Virus record (IMG/VR): IMGVR_UViG_3300011977_000415
Span: 1 to 64,000 of that record
Source: a virus
Lineage: Duplodnaviria; Caudoviricetes
Length of the DNA stretch: 64,000 nt
Reading direction: 5' to 3' (one strand)
The first letter of the stretch is position 1, and each line of letters starts with the position of its first letter. The notes under the pieces are model-generated. The model was given only the letters and a program-made list of their open reading frames with translations, ran no database searches and had not been told where the DNA came from. The translations under genes were made by a program, and so were the position numbers. This document shows, one piece after another, positions 55,541-64,000 of the stretch.

Positions 55541-55719
55541 TCCGCCATCTTTTGTTTGTAGTCAATTATCATTGAATCAAACAACGCCTTGTCCACGGTC
55601 GTTGTTGGTTCGCCTTTGAGTGATGCCAATTCAAGGGCATCAAAGATTGCTTCCGGCATCACGGAATAATAAGACGGGTTGCCGTAATAATCGGCAACGT
55701 TGATTGTGATTGTTTCCAT
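55525..55719 (-). CDS. small hypothetical protein
   Basis: 64-aa ORF coupled to neighbours. Confidence 0.55.
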   Translation of the reverse strand: METITINVADYYGNPSYYSVMPEAIFDALELASLKGEPTTTVDKALFDSMIIDYKQKMAEWQGK

Positions 55720-55721
55720 TC

Positions 55722-56123
55722 TTATCCTTGTTTAGTTAGATTATCAATGATTGCCAAAAGGCGGTCAATGTGTTCTTGCGCCTTTTGCAACGACAATTCC
55801 TTTGATGCAAGCAATTCAACCAACTTGGATAATTCGCTTTGCATCGCCACATCGGCGGCATTCTTGATGTTGTCGCCCATCACGTTGGCTTGTTCCACAT
55901 TGCCACCATACATGACTGGGGAATCAATAATGCAATCCGAATAGAGTTCGGAAAGCCTTTGTTTTAGTTTATCCGAATAAGGGGAACGCCCCGTAATAAC
56001 ATCGGATAGATATGTTTTGGACACACCCAATTCTTTTGCAATGTCTTGTTGGGTCATCCTTTTCTTGTATTTAATGGTTTCAATCCATTCACGAATGGCG
56101 TTTTTTTCGTCTTTATTGCCCAT
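55722..56123 (-). CDS. CI-like XRE repressor
   Basis: MTQQDIAKELGVSKTYLSDVITGR HTH, coiled-coil C-terminus, divergent from early lytic genes. Confidence 0.8.
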   Translation of the reverse strand: MGNKDEKNAIREWIETIKYKKRMTQQDIAKELGVSKTYLSDVITGRSPYSDKLKQRLSELYSDCIIDSPVMYGGNVEQANVMGDNIKNAADVAMQSELSKLVELLASKELSLQKAQEHIDRLLAIIDNLTKQG

Positions 56124-56146
56124 ATACGTATCTTTTTTATATTAAA

Positions 56147-56163
56147 TCCGAAAATAATTCGGA
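56147..56163. promoter_or_regulatory. operator palindrome TCCGAA-N5-TTCGGA
   Basis: Second full copy at 55936-55952 inside the repressor gene; half-sites near 55972 and 56178; facing -7 boxes near 56194 (+) and 56223-56230 (-). Confidence 0.6.
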
Positions 56164-56283
56164 TAATGTTTGCACAATCCGAATTTAATACGTACATTTG
56201 CAGCACGTAATTAAAAACAATGCAAATATAAATAAATAATTAACTCGCAAAAATAGCAAAAAATACTCAATTTGAAGAATAAC

Positions 56284-56868
56284 ATGGAAGAATTTAAGGA
56301 AATTAAAGGTTATGAGGGCTTGTATATGGCATCAACATACGGTTTTATATATAAAATCCGTGATGGGAAGCCCTATAAGCGCATCGGCATTCCAAGAACA
56401 GATGGTGGACATAATTACACAATAACCAAGTTGTTTGATATGAACAAAGTTCGGAAAGATGTTTGTGTACACCGTATTATTGCCGAAACATTTTTGCCAA
56501 ATCCGAATAATTATCCATGCGTGAATCATATTGATGGAAATAAGCACAACAACCGGGTTGATAATCTTGAATGGGTTACATATTCTGATAACACAAAGAA
56601 AGCGTATGAAATTGGTGCATACGATGGATGCAAGGTGATTCCGGGGCATGAACAATTTTCATTCTTGCTTGGATGGTCACAAGTTCGCCAAGGCGATTTG
56701 CAAGAGGTAAAGGATGAAATTCTTACATCCTTGAACCTAAAACAAAAAGTTTCATGGTATCAACGCTTATATGGAAACATTGAACCCAAGATAACGGAGT
56801 ATTGGAAGATTGAAGAAATATTTCATAAACATGGAATAACCCAAATTTGGGGAGTTCCGCAAAACTAA
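56284..56868 (+). CDS. NUMOD4-HNH homing endonuclease fused to a Cro-like domain
   Basis: FKEIKGYEGLY..S..G (NUMOD4); VHR.IA..F, VNHIDGNK.NN.V.NLEW.T..N (HNH_3); last ~70 aa align with ORF 56875..57093. Confidence 0.85.
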   Translation: MEEFKEIKGYEGLYMASTYGFIYKIRDGKPYKRIGIPRTDGGHNYTITKLFDMNKVRKDVCVHRIIAETFLPNPNNYPCVNHIDGNKHNNRVDNLEWVTYSDNTKKAYEIGAYDGCKVIPGHEQFSFLLGWSQVRQGDLQEVKDEILTSLNLKQKVSWYQRLYGNIEPKITEYWKIEEIFHKHGITQIWGVPQN

Positions 56869-56874
56869 AAGAAC

Positions 56875-57093
56875 ATGAACAAAGAACAATTTTCATTTAA
56901 CAATGGTTGGATGCAGTTACGCCAAGCGGACATCGCGGCTTGTCGTAAAGAACTGATGGTCGCATTCAACGTAACAACCCGCGCGGCGTTTTTGCAGCGG
57001 TTGAAAGGCAATGTCATCCCGAACGTGCTTGAAGCACACAATGTGGAAAAGGTGTTTGCCAAGTACGGAATAAAGGATGTGTGGGGGGAATGA
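56875..57093 (+). CDS. Cro-like small DNA-binding protein
   Basis: 72 aa, first lytic-side position, helical HTH-like pattern. Confidence 0.6.
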   Translation: MNKEQFSFNNGWMQLRQADIAACRKELMVAFNVTTRAAFLQRLKGNVIPNVLEAHNVEKVFAKYGIKDVWGE

Positions 57094-57479
57094 TTATGGA
57101 CACCGTGAAACTTACCAAACGCGAATCCGAAATTGCGGAATTGTTCGCTTGGGGCGCAAGCAAAAAGGATATTGCAAATCGCCTTTTCATTTCGGAACGT
57201 ACAGTTGAAAACCACGCCCGGAACATATTCATCAAAACCGGGTGTCAAAAGGTCAATGAATTATCCGCGTGGTGGTTTTGCACGAAGTTCCACATTTCAT
57301 TCGATTTGTCGCCATTCAAGCGCAAGTTCATCACATGGTGTTTGCTTGCCGTAATGATGCCAACAATCATCAACCACGATAATGTGGTAATGCGTTTCCG
57401 CACGCAAAGCAGAACAACCCGTGTACAACGTTCACGCCGTGAATCGGAAGATGGAACGGCAAGTTTTCAAATCATCTAA
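57090..57479 (+). CDS. LuxR-type HTH protein
   Basis: LTKRESEIAEL...G...K.IA..LFISERTVENH..NI..K. Confidence 0.85.
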   Translation: MIMDTVKLTKRESEIAELFAWGASKKDIANRLFISERTVENHARNIFIKTGCQKVNELSAWWFCTKFHISFDLSPFKRKFITWCLLAVMMPTIINHDNVVMRFRTQSRTTRVQRSRRESEDGTASFQII

Positions 57480-57490
57480 AATTCGCAACA

Positions 57491-57694
57491 ATGGAAAAAT
57501 TCATTTCAGTATTTCAAATCATCACCGCGATATTCATTTTCCTTTTCGCGGTTGGCACAACAATCCGTTGCATCGTCAATGGAAGCGATGTTTTTTACAT
57601 CATCATGTTCACGTTGATGGCGTTGGTCGGTCGTTCAATGTTACGTTACACGATTGCAGAATACAAGGAGTTGAAGCATGGAAATAACAAGTAA
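57491..57694 (+). CDS. small two-TM membrane protein
   Basis: Two hydrophobic helices. Confidence 0.55.
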   Translation: MEKFISVFQIITAIFIFLFAVGTTIRCIVNGSDVFYIIMFTLMALVGRSMLRYTIAEYKELKHGNNK

Positions 57695-57953
57695 CACCCG
57701 CATCATTGATTTGACCGTTGGGCAACTGATGGATATAATTGCAAAGGCACAAGCCCCGGCGGTTGAACAAGCCCCGGAGCAAACGAAACGCCTTGTGTAT
57801 GGAATTTCCGGGATTGCACAATTGTTCAATTGCAGCATGACAACGGCAAACCGCATCAAGGCATCCGGGCGCATTGATGATGCAATCACGCAACATGGGC
57901 GTATCATCGTGGTGGATGCCGACAAAGCATTGGTTCTATTTAATAACAAATAA
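57678..57953 (+). CDS. DUF3853 family (excisionase-like) protein
   Basis: VYGISGIAQLFNCS..TANRIK.SG.ID.AI.Q.GR.I.VD. Confidence 0.85.
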   Translation: MEITSNTRIIDLTVGQLMDIIAKAQAPAVEQAPEQTKRLVYGISGIAQLFNCSMTTANRIKASGRIDDAITQHGRIIVVDADKALVLFNNK

Positions 57954-57964
57954 AATTCGCAACA

Positions 57965-59923
57965 ATGAAACAAGTAATTTTGAAGTCCTTGACCCTTTGC
58001 AATTTCAAGGGTGAACAGGCAAGAACAACGAATTTCAATCCGGATGTTACCACCATTTCCGGCGGCAACGGATTGGGAAAATCACGCCATTTCGATGCGT
58101 TCATTTGGTTGCTATTTGGTAAGGATGCACGCGACCGAAAGGATTATGAAATCAAAACCCGCGTGAATGGTGAAGAATTGCACAAATGCGAGTGCAGCGT
58201 TACGGGCGTGGTTGATGTGGATGGTGAAACAATCACATTGAAGCGTTCATTCGTGGAAGATTGGGTGAAGCCACGCGGGCAAGTGGAACAAGTGTACAAG
58301 GGAAATCACACGGAATGTTGGTGGAATGATACCCCGGTGAACGTGTCGGAATACGACAAGCGCATCCAATCAATCGTTGATTCATCGGTTTTCAAGATGA
58401 TTACAAACCCGGCGTTTTTCGTGGGCATGAAATGGCAATTGCAGCGCGAACAGTTGTTCCAACTCGCGGGCGTTGTTACTGATGCCGAAATCGCGGCGGG
58501 CAACCCACAATTCGCCGTGTTGCTTGATGTCATTTCCGGCAAATCCCTTGCCGACCACAAAAAGGAATTGGCGGCACGAAAAAAGCGTTATACGGAAGAA
58601 TTGAAGCAGATTCAACCGCGTATTGACCAAACCCAAAAGATGAAGCCCGAACCGGAAGATTTCGCCGCCATTGAAGCGCAAATTGCGGACATTGACAAGC
58701 AGATTGCCGAAATTGATGCACAAATTGCCGATATAAACACCGCCATTCGCAAGCAATACGAAGCGGAACAGGTAAGGCAAAACCGCGTGAATAGTCTTAC
58801 CCAACAGGCACAACAAATCGTGTTCGATGCAAAATCATTGGCGCAAGAAGCGGCATTCACCGCCAATGCAAAACGCCGCGAACATGTGAATACCATCCAT
58901 GTGTTGCAAGGTGATTTGGATGCAAAGCGTGGTGAAGTACAAAAGGCACAATTGGACATCGCACGCATCAACCGCGACATCGAAAAGGCACGCGAAAAAC
59001 AATCCACGTTGCGCGATGAATGGTTTGCCGAAAACGGCAAGGAATACGCCGGGGAAACAACGTGTCCGCATTGCGGGCAAGCCTTGCCGGATGATATGAT
59101 TGCAAAAGCAAAGCAATTGTTTGACGATGCCAAGGTTGCCAAATGTGCCGAAATTACCAATAAGGGCAAGGAACTTGGCGCGATAATCGCCGGATATGAA
59201 AATGATGTTGCCGCCCGACAAGAAGCCATCAACATTGCCAAATCAAGCATCGAACAGTTGAACGCCGACATCAAGGCTTTGCAAACCGAACTTGACGCAA
59301 TGCCCGAAAAGGCGGCATCCACCATCAACCCCGAAGAAATCCCGGCATGGGTGGAATTGCAAAAGCAGATTGCCGACATCAAGGCGACCATTTCAACCGA
59401 CAACACGGGCGTTGATACAAGCGCATTGCAAACCGCCAAGGCTGACTTGAACAGGCAACGCAACGAATTGTCCACACGCCTTGCAAAGCGTGGCGCAATC
59501 AAGCGTTGCGATGATGAAATCACCAACCTTGAAGCACGTGGCAAAGAGTTGTCGCAAGCCATCGCCGACATTGAACGCGATGAATACACGGTTGAACAAT
59601 TCACCCGCGCCAAGATTGACGAATGCGAAAAGCGCATCAACGCCAAGTTCAAATTCGTAACATTCCGGTTGTTCGATTACACCTTAGATGGCAACCCGGT
59701 TGAAACGTGCATCCCGTTGTGTGATGGCGTGCCGTATGGCAGCGCGAACACCGCAAGCCAAGTGAATGCCGGATTGGACATCATCAACGCCTTATGTGGT
59801 TATTACGGCATTTGCGCGCCAATCTTCATTGACAACCGCGAATCGGTAAACAACATCATTCCCGTACAAAGTCAAATTATTAACCTTGTCGTAACCAACG
59901 ACAACAAATTGACCGTATCATGA
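57965..59923 (+). CDS. SbcC/Rad50-like SMC ATPase
   Basis: NFKG, GGNGLGKS, long coiled coil with CPHCGQ hook, PIFIDNRES. Confidence 0.85.
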   Translation: MKQVILKSLTLCNFKGEQARTTNFNPDVTTISGGNGLGKSRHFDAFIWLLFGKDARDRKDYEIKTRVNGEELHKCECSVTGVVDVDGETITLKRSFVEDWVKPRGQVEQVYKGNHTECWWNDTPVNVSEYDKRIQSIVDSSVFKMITNPAFFVGMKWQLQREQLFQLAGVVTDAEIAAGNPQFAVLLDVISGKSLADHKKELAARKKRYTEELKQIQPRIDQTQKMKPEPEDFAAIEAQIADIDKQIAEIDAQIADINTAIRKQYEAEQVRQNRVNSLTQQAQQIVFDAKSLAQEAAFTANAKRREHVNTIHVLQGDLDAKRGEVQKAQLDIARINRDIEKAREKQSTLRDEWFAENGKEYAGETTCPHCGQALPDDMIAKAKQLFDDAKVAKCAEITNKGKELGAIIAGYENDVAARQEAINIAKSSIEQLNADIKALQTELDAMPEKAASTINPEEIPAWVELQKQIADIKATISTDNTGVDTSALQTAKADLNRQRNELSTRLAKRGAIKRCDDEITNLEARGKELSQAIADIERDEYTVEQFTRAKIDECEKRINAKFKFVTFRLFDYTLDGNPVETCIPLCDGVPYGSANTASQVNAGLDIINALCGYYGICAPIFIDNRESVNNIIPVQSQIINLVVTNDNKLTVS

Positions 59924-60588
59924 AAATATATTCAACAAAGGATTATTCGCGTTTTTCATTTCTTGATAACAATCGGATTGTAAAAAGTAGTCATGTTGAT
60001 ATGTTGAAAAAATCAATCAAGAACATTGACTTGACGAAGTATAATCCAATCAAGGTTGATGCTAATTTGCGTATCATAGATGGACAACATAGATTCCATG
60101 CGTGTATGGAATTGGGATTACCTATATATTATGTTGTACTAAATGGTGTTGATGCTGAGCAAGCAATGATAATTGACAACCAAAACAACAAGAAATGGGA
60201 AATGATGGATTGGTTGCGTTACAGGGCAAACAAGAATGGTGGTTGTTATAAACAGTTGCTTGATTTTATACAACAAACATGCACAACCATTAGTAACGCA
60301 ATGGTAATATTTCCGGCTAAGGCAATAAATGCGGCAACATTGAAAGCCGGGACAACCGATTTCGGCGTTAATGAAAAAGCCTTTGATATTGTACATTTCT
60401 TGCAATCACAAGAAGTTAAGACATTATCATTTAGAAACAAAGAGCATTTAATTTGGCGATTAGAATTGCATTTTGACGAATACTCAAAAAGGCAAATGGA
60501 CAAATTGAAACGAAAGATTCTTTTAGTTCCCGAATGTGCAAATTACAAACAATACCTTACCGTTTTTTCAAACATAATAAAAAAATGA
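59920..60588 (+). CDS. ParB/Srx N-terminal domain protein (AT-rich insert)
   Basis: NR.....V..L..SI....PI.V.....IIDGQHR..A. Confidence 0.75.
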   Translation: MKIYSTKDYSRFSFLDNNRIVKSSHVDMLKKSIKNIDLTKYNPIKVDANLRIIDGQHRFHACMELGLPIYYVVLNGVDAEQAMIIDNQNNKKWEMMDWLRYRANKNGGCYKQLLDFIQQTCTTISNAMVIFPAKAINAATLKAGTTDFGVNEKAFDIVHFLQSQEVKTLSFRNKEHLIWRLELHFDEYSKRQMDKLKRKILLVPECANYKQYLTVFSNIIKK

Positions 60589-61553
60589 ACGAATTACAAA
60601 AAACCAATGGTGGCGCAATGATGCAGACCACCACCACAACAAGCCCGGCTTTCAATTTCTTTGACCCGGTGCAGTTTGACACCATGCAACGTGTGTGCAG
60701 TTTCTTTGCATCGTCCGACCTTGTGCCGGACAATTACAAGGCACAATTGAAGCCATTACCCGCCGGGGCTGATGAAAACACCATCGCCGCAATCAAGGCG
60801 GAAAACACCGCAATCAAAACAAAGGCGGTTGCTAATTGCATGATTGCAGTTGAAGTGGCATCGCGCATCGGCGCAAGCCCATTGATGGTGATGCAAAACA
60901 TGGCGGTGATTTATGGTCGCCCATCTTGGTCGTCCAAGTTCTTAATCGCCACCGTCAATTCGTGCGGTCGCTTTGAACCGCTTCAATTCCGGTTTATCGA
61001 CAAGGGCGCGTTGGGCATGGTGGATTACACGGATTACATATATAACCCGCAAACACGCCGAAAGGATGCCATAACAAAGCAATTCGATGGCAAGAAGATT
61101 CACGACATCGAATGTGTGGCATACACCACGAAGCGTGGTTCGGATGGCGTGTTGGAATCATCCCCGGTGTCGGTTCGCCTTGCCGTTCAAGAGGGTTGGT
61201 ACACCAAGAACGGAAGCAAGTGGCAAACAATGACAAAGCAAATGTTGATGTACCGCGCCGCGTCCATGTGGACGAACGCTTATGCCCCGGAACTTTCGAT
61301 GGGTATGCGTACCGTTGAGGAACAACAGGACATTTACACCGAATATGAGGATGTAACCGCCGAAGTTGCCGCCGAAAAGGAAAACAACGCAAACAAGAAG
61401 CGCATTTCCCTTGACATGGGCAACGGCAAAACACAAGTTGTGGACACGGAAACAGGCGAAATTCAGCCCGAAAAACCCGCGGCAAAGGAAACGCCCGACA
61501 ACGCGCCGAAAGCCCCGGAAAAGGCAAATAACACCCCAAATCCGGGATTCTAA
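60585..61553 (+). CDS. RecT/Redbeta-like single-strand annealing protein
   Basis: S.LVP..Y, ANC.IA, PLMVMQN..VI.GRPSWSS.F, KW.TM...ML.YRA. Confidence 0.75.
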   Translation: MNELQKTNGGAMMQTTTTTSPAFNFFDPVQFDTMQRVCSFFASSDLVPDNYKAQLKPLPAGADENTIAAIKAENTAIKTKAVANCMIAVEVASRIGASPLMVMQNMAVIYGRPSWSSKFLIATVNSCGRFEPLQFRFIDKGALGMVDYTDYIYNPQTRRKDAITKQFDGKKIHDIECVAYTTKRGSDGVLESSPVSVRLAVQEGWYTKNGSKWQTMTKQMLMYRAASMWTNAYAPELSMGMRTVEEQQDIYTEYEDVTAEVAAEKENNANKKRISLDMGNGKTQVVDTETGEIQPEKPAAKETPDNAPKAPEKANNTPNPGF

Positions 61554-61572
61554 CAATTAAACCGAAAGGCAA

Positions 61573-62313
61573 ATGGAATTGAAAGTATTGGGTTCAAGCA
61601 GCAAGGGCAATTGTTACTTGCTTGACAACGGCAATGAAGCATTGATGATTGAATGCGGCATCGCGTTCAAGAACGTGCAAAAGGCGGTGGATTTTGACAT
61701 CAACCGCATTGCCGGGTGCATCATTTCACACGAACATGGCGACCATGCAAAGCATGTGGGCAAATGCCTTGATGCGCGAATCCCGTGTTACATGTCCGCC
61801 GGGACACGAAACGCCCTTGGGTTGGCATCGCATCCGTTGGCACACGCGATGGATGAACAGGTGTTGAACGTTATCGGCAATTTCGGCGTGATGCCGTTTG
61901 CCACCCAACACGATGCCGCCGACCCGTTCGGGTTCTTAATCTATCACCCGGAATGTGGAATGACATTGTTTGCGACTGACACATATTATTTGGCATACAC
62001 ATTCGCCGGATTGAACAACGTCATGATTGAATGCAATTATCGTCTTGACATCCTGGAGGCAAACATTGAATCCGGAAAGTTGAACCCGGCATTGAGAAAC
62101 CGAACAATCAAGTCACACATGTCTTTCGACACATGCAAGGAAACGTTGCTTGCCAACGACTTGTCAAAGGTCAACAACATCGTTTTGATTCACCTTTCAT
62201 CCGGCAATGCCTATGCCGCCGCATTCCGTGACGGCATACAGAAAGCGACACATAAGAATGTTCATGTTGCCGAACCGGGGTTGGAAATTCTATTTAATAA
62301 AACACCATTCTAA
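61573..62313 (+). CDS. MBL-fold metallo-hydrolase (YycJ-like exonuclease)
   Basis: LGSSSKGN, SHEHGDH, HDA, TDT, IECNY, SHMS, HLS. Confidence 0.9.
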   Translation: MELKVLGSSSKGNCYLLDNGNEALMIECGIAFKNVQKAVDFDINRIAGCIISHEHGDHAKHVGKCLDARIPCYMSAGTRNALGLASHPLAHAMDEQVLNVIGNFGVMPFATQHDAADPFGFLIYHPECGMTLFATDTYYLAYTFAGLNNVMIECNYRLDILEANIESGKLNPALRNRTIKSHMSFDTCKETLLANDLSKVNNIVLIHLSSGNAYAAAFRDGIQKATHKNVHVAEPGLEILFNKTPF

Positions 62314-62324
62314 AAAAGAAAAAA

Positions 62325-62858
62325 ATGAAAAAGATTGAAGTTTTCAAAAAAGAGAATCCGAACGAAGTCATTGCAGTATGCAACGACCTTTCGGAAGCAA
62401 GTGAAACCATCATCAACGAATGCCAGGATGATGACGATTTGACGGTGTTCGACTTTGACACCCGCGAAGTGGAAGAAAAAGAACCCGCCGAGATTTGCCC
62501 GGATTTTGCGTCATCATGCAAATACCTTGGCATATCCGATGAATTTGCCTTTGATTGCGCCGATGAACATGTCAAGGCAATGCAGTCACTTTACATGCTT
62601 GTTATCATCGCCCAGGCTTGGAACAAGATTGACAACTTCGTTCCGGACTATTCGAACCGCGACCAATGGAAATATTTTCCTTGGTTTATCTATGACAAAG
62701 GACATGCGGGGTTCGTTTTTGCGGGTACGTATAGTGCGCCATCGGCTACGCATGCGTCTTTCGGGTCGCGGCTTTGCTTTAAATCGTCAAATCGCGCTCG
62801 CCAATTCGGTGAAATGTTCACCGAATTATACAACGACTTTCTTTTGCTGAACAAATAA
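62325..62858 (+). CDS. phage protein with a DGR variable-region-like C-terminal segment
   Basis: KYFPWF...FVFAGTYSAPSATHASFGSRLCFKS; alternating NCG/NNT codons. Confidence 0.6.
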   Translation: MKKIEVFKKENPNEVIAVCNDLSEASETIINECQDDDDLTVFDFDTREVEEKEPAEICPDFASSCKYLGISDEFAFDCADEHVKAMQSLYMLVIIAQAWNKIDNFVPDYSNRDQWKYFPWFIYDKGHAGFVFAGTYSAPSATHASFGSRLCFKSSNRARQFGEMFTELYNDFLLLNK

Positions 62859-62869
62859 AATATTTCATC

Positions 62870-63319
62870 ATGGACAAAACACTTGGAAAGGACATCGCGA
62901 ATCTTGTCGCACGCGAAGCGTTCTTGAAAGACAATTGCGACAAAGTTGAAGAAAAGGGTTATATGAAGCCCTATTCGCCGGAAGAATTGCAAGGACACAA
63001 AGAGAAACTTGCCAATGTTTCGATTGAGATTGCCGAAATCGAAGCCGAAAAGAAACAAGTTGAAGCCGACTTCAAGGGACGTTTGAAACCCTTGAAAGAA
63101 GCCCGTGCAAACATGGTTTCCAACATCAAGGCAAAGGCGGAATACGTTACCGAACCATGTTATCGTTTTACCGACCGCGAAGAAAAACAAACGGGTTATT
63201 ACAACGCCAACGGCGATTTGGTGGAATTGCGCCCGGCAACCGCCGAAGAATTACAACCGACCCTTTTCATGACCCCGAATTTTATCAATAACCCCGCCAA
63301 GGATGGCACAAATGATTAA
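62870..63319 (+). CDS. phage hypothetical coiled-coil protein
   Basis: ORF in early operon. Confidence 0.7.
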   Translation: MDKTLGKDIANLVAREAFLKDNCDKVEEKGYMKPYSPEELQGHKEKLANVSIEIAEIEAEKKQVEADFKGRLKPLKEARANMVSNIKAKAEYVTEPCYRFTDREEKQTGYYNANGDLVELRPATAEELQPTLFMTPNFINNPAKDGTND

Positions 63320-63325
63320 AGCATT

Positions 63326-64000
63326 ATGAACAACGAAAAAATGATTTTCAACATTGCACCCGGAATGAACGAAGTTGTCATCCGCGAGGGTGCAGCACCC
63401 AAAGTTCTTGACCCCAAAGCCCCGGTCAAGATGAACGTGAACGGCACAATCAACGCCCCGTTTGAATACCTATCAAAGCGCATTGATTGCATCAAACAAA
63501 AGGAATGCCACATCATCGTGAACCGCGAAAAAATAACCATTCAACTTGTGGTGAACGAATCGGACGAATACACCCGTGGCACAATTGCCGGAACATTGCA
63601 GTATCATCCCAAGTTTGAAGAATTTGGCATCAATGCGGGCAAGGTATGGTCGCCGTTCGATTTCGCGATGTTTTGCAAGATGAACCGGGCGTTCTTTGCT
63701 GATAAAAACGCGAACATGAGCCTTGTTTCGGCGTGCAAGAATTTCACCGCAAAGGTGAATAACCAAATTGAACGTGCAATACAGGAAAACGGCAACCGCA
63801 CGGACAATTTCGCCCAAGTGGTCAATTCTAACTTGCCCGAACAATTCACCCTTTCCATTCCAATTTTCAAGGGTGGCAAAAAGGAAGATTTGGTTGTGGA
63901 AACATTTGCCAAGATTGACGGTCGCAATGTTGCGTTTGTCTTGTTGTCGCCGGGCGCGGAAGAAACGCTTGAAGATTTGCGCGACAAGGCAATTGATGAA
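63326..64000 (+). CDS. phage hypothetical protein, truncated by the window end
   Basis: Open frame MNNEKMIFNIAPGMNEVVIREG... to the end of the window. Confidence 0.7.
   Translation, partial: MNNEKMIFNIAPGMNEVVIREGAAPKVLDPKAPVKMNVNGTINAPFEYLSKRIDCIKQKECHIIVNREKITIQLVVNESDEYTRGTIAGTLQYHPKFEEFGINAGKVWSPFDFAMFCKMNRAFFADKNANMSLVSACKNFTAKVNNQIERAIQENGNRTDNFAQVVNSNLPEQFTLSIPIFKGGKKEDLVVETFAKIDGRNVAFVLLSPGAEETLEDLRDKAIDE

Larger units (their letters stand above)
53238..64000. mobile_element. prophage (left part; continues beyond the window)
   Basis: att + integrase + divergent repressor/Cro + recombination module; distinct oligonucleotide usage. Confidence 0.88.

Noticed and set aside
53422-64000. 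Complete DGR cassette
   Set aside because: No reverse transcriptase or template repeat seen in the window; only a VR-like target

Overview
Bacteroidota-type DNA (Prevotella/Segatella-like; TAnnTTTG '-7' promoter boxes throughout), entirely accessory, in three blocks. (1) ~0.7-40.8 kb: a large conjugative/plasmid-like element. It has a 16-kb co-directional operon (DUF4099, toprim/primase, TraI/VirB5-like pair, M23 and GH73 peptidoglycan hydrolases, two ArdC polyvalent proteins, OB-fold protein), an OmpA-MobV relaxase block, a degenerate serine recombinase, a cargo block (DUF3800 + RelE/BECR-like gene + candidate sRNA, thioredoxin) and a minus-strand leading-region-like segment (PRTase-SLOG, ParA/RHH, two SSBs, YubB-like). 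The main signal is non-coding. Five related ~200-250 nt imperfect hairpins each lie upstream of a minus-strand operon but carry the Bacteroidota promoter box on the opposite (+) arm, the geometry of Frpo-like single-stranded-DNA promoters. A 1-kb array of covarying branched structures also folds on the + strand. (2) ~40.9-53.2 kb: a decayed defence-like island (IS4/IS5 remnants, RhuM-Fic, orphan AbiEi, WYL and beta-CASP fragments, RecQ-UvrD fusion helicase, PD-(D/E)XK nuclease, metallophosphoesterase, AAA_14 ATPase). (3) 53.2-64 kb: left part of a prophage integrated at a tRNA-Ser 3' end (integrase, CI/Cro switch, HNH endonuclease fused to a copy of the Cro-like protein, SbcC-like ATPase, RecT-like, MBL, a probable DGR target gene). 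All family assignments come from motif recognition by eye; no database searches or folding programs were run.
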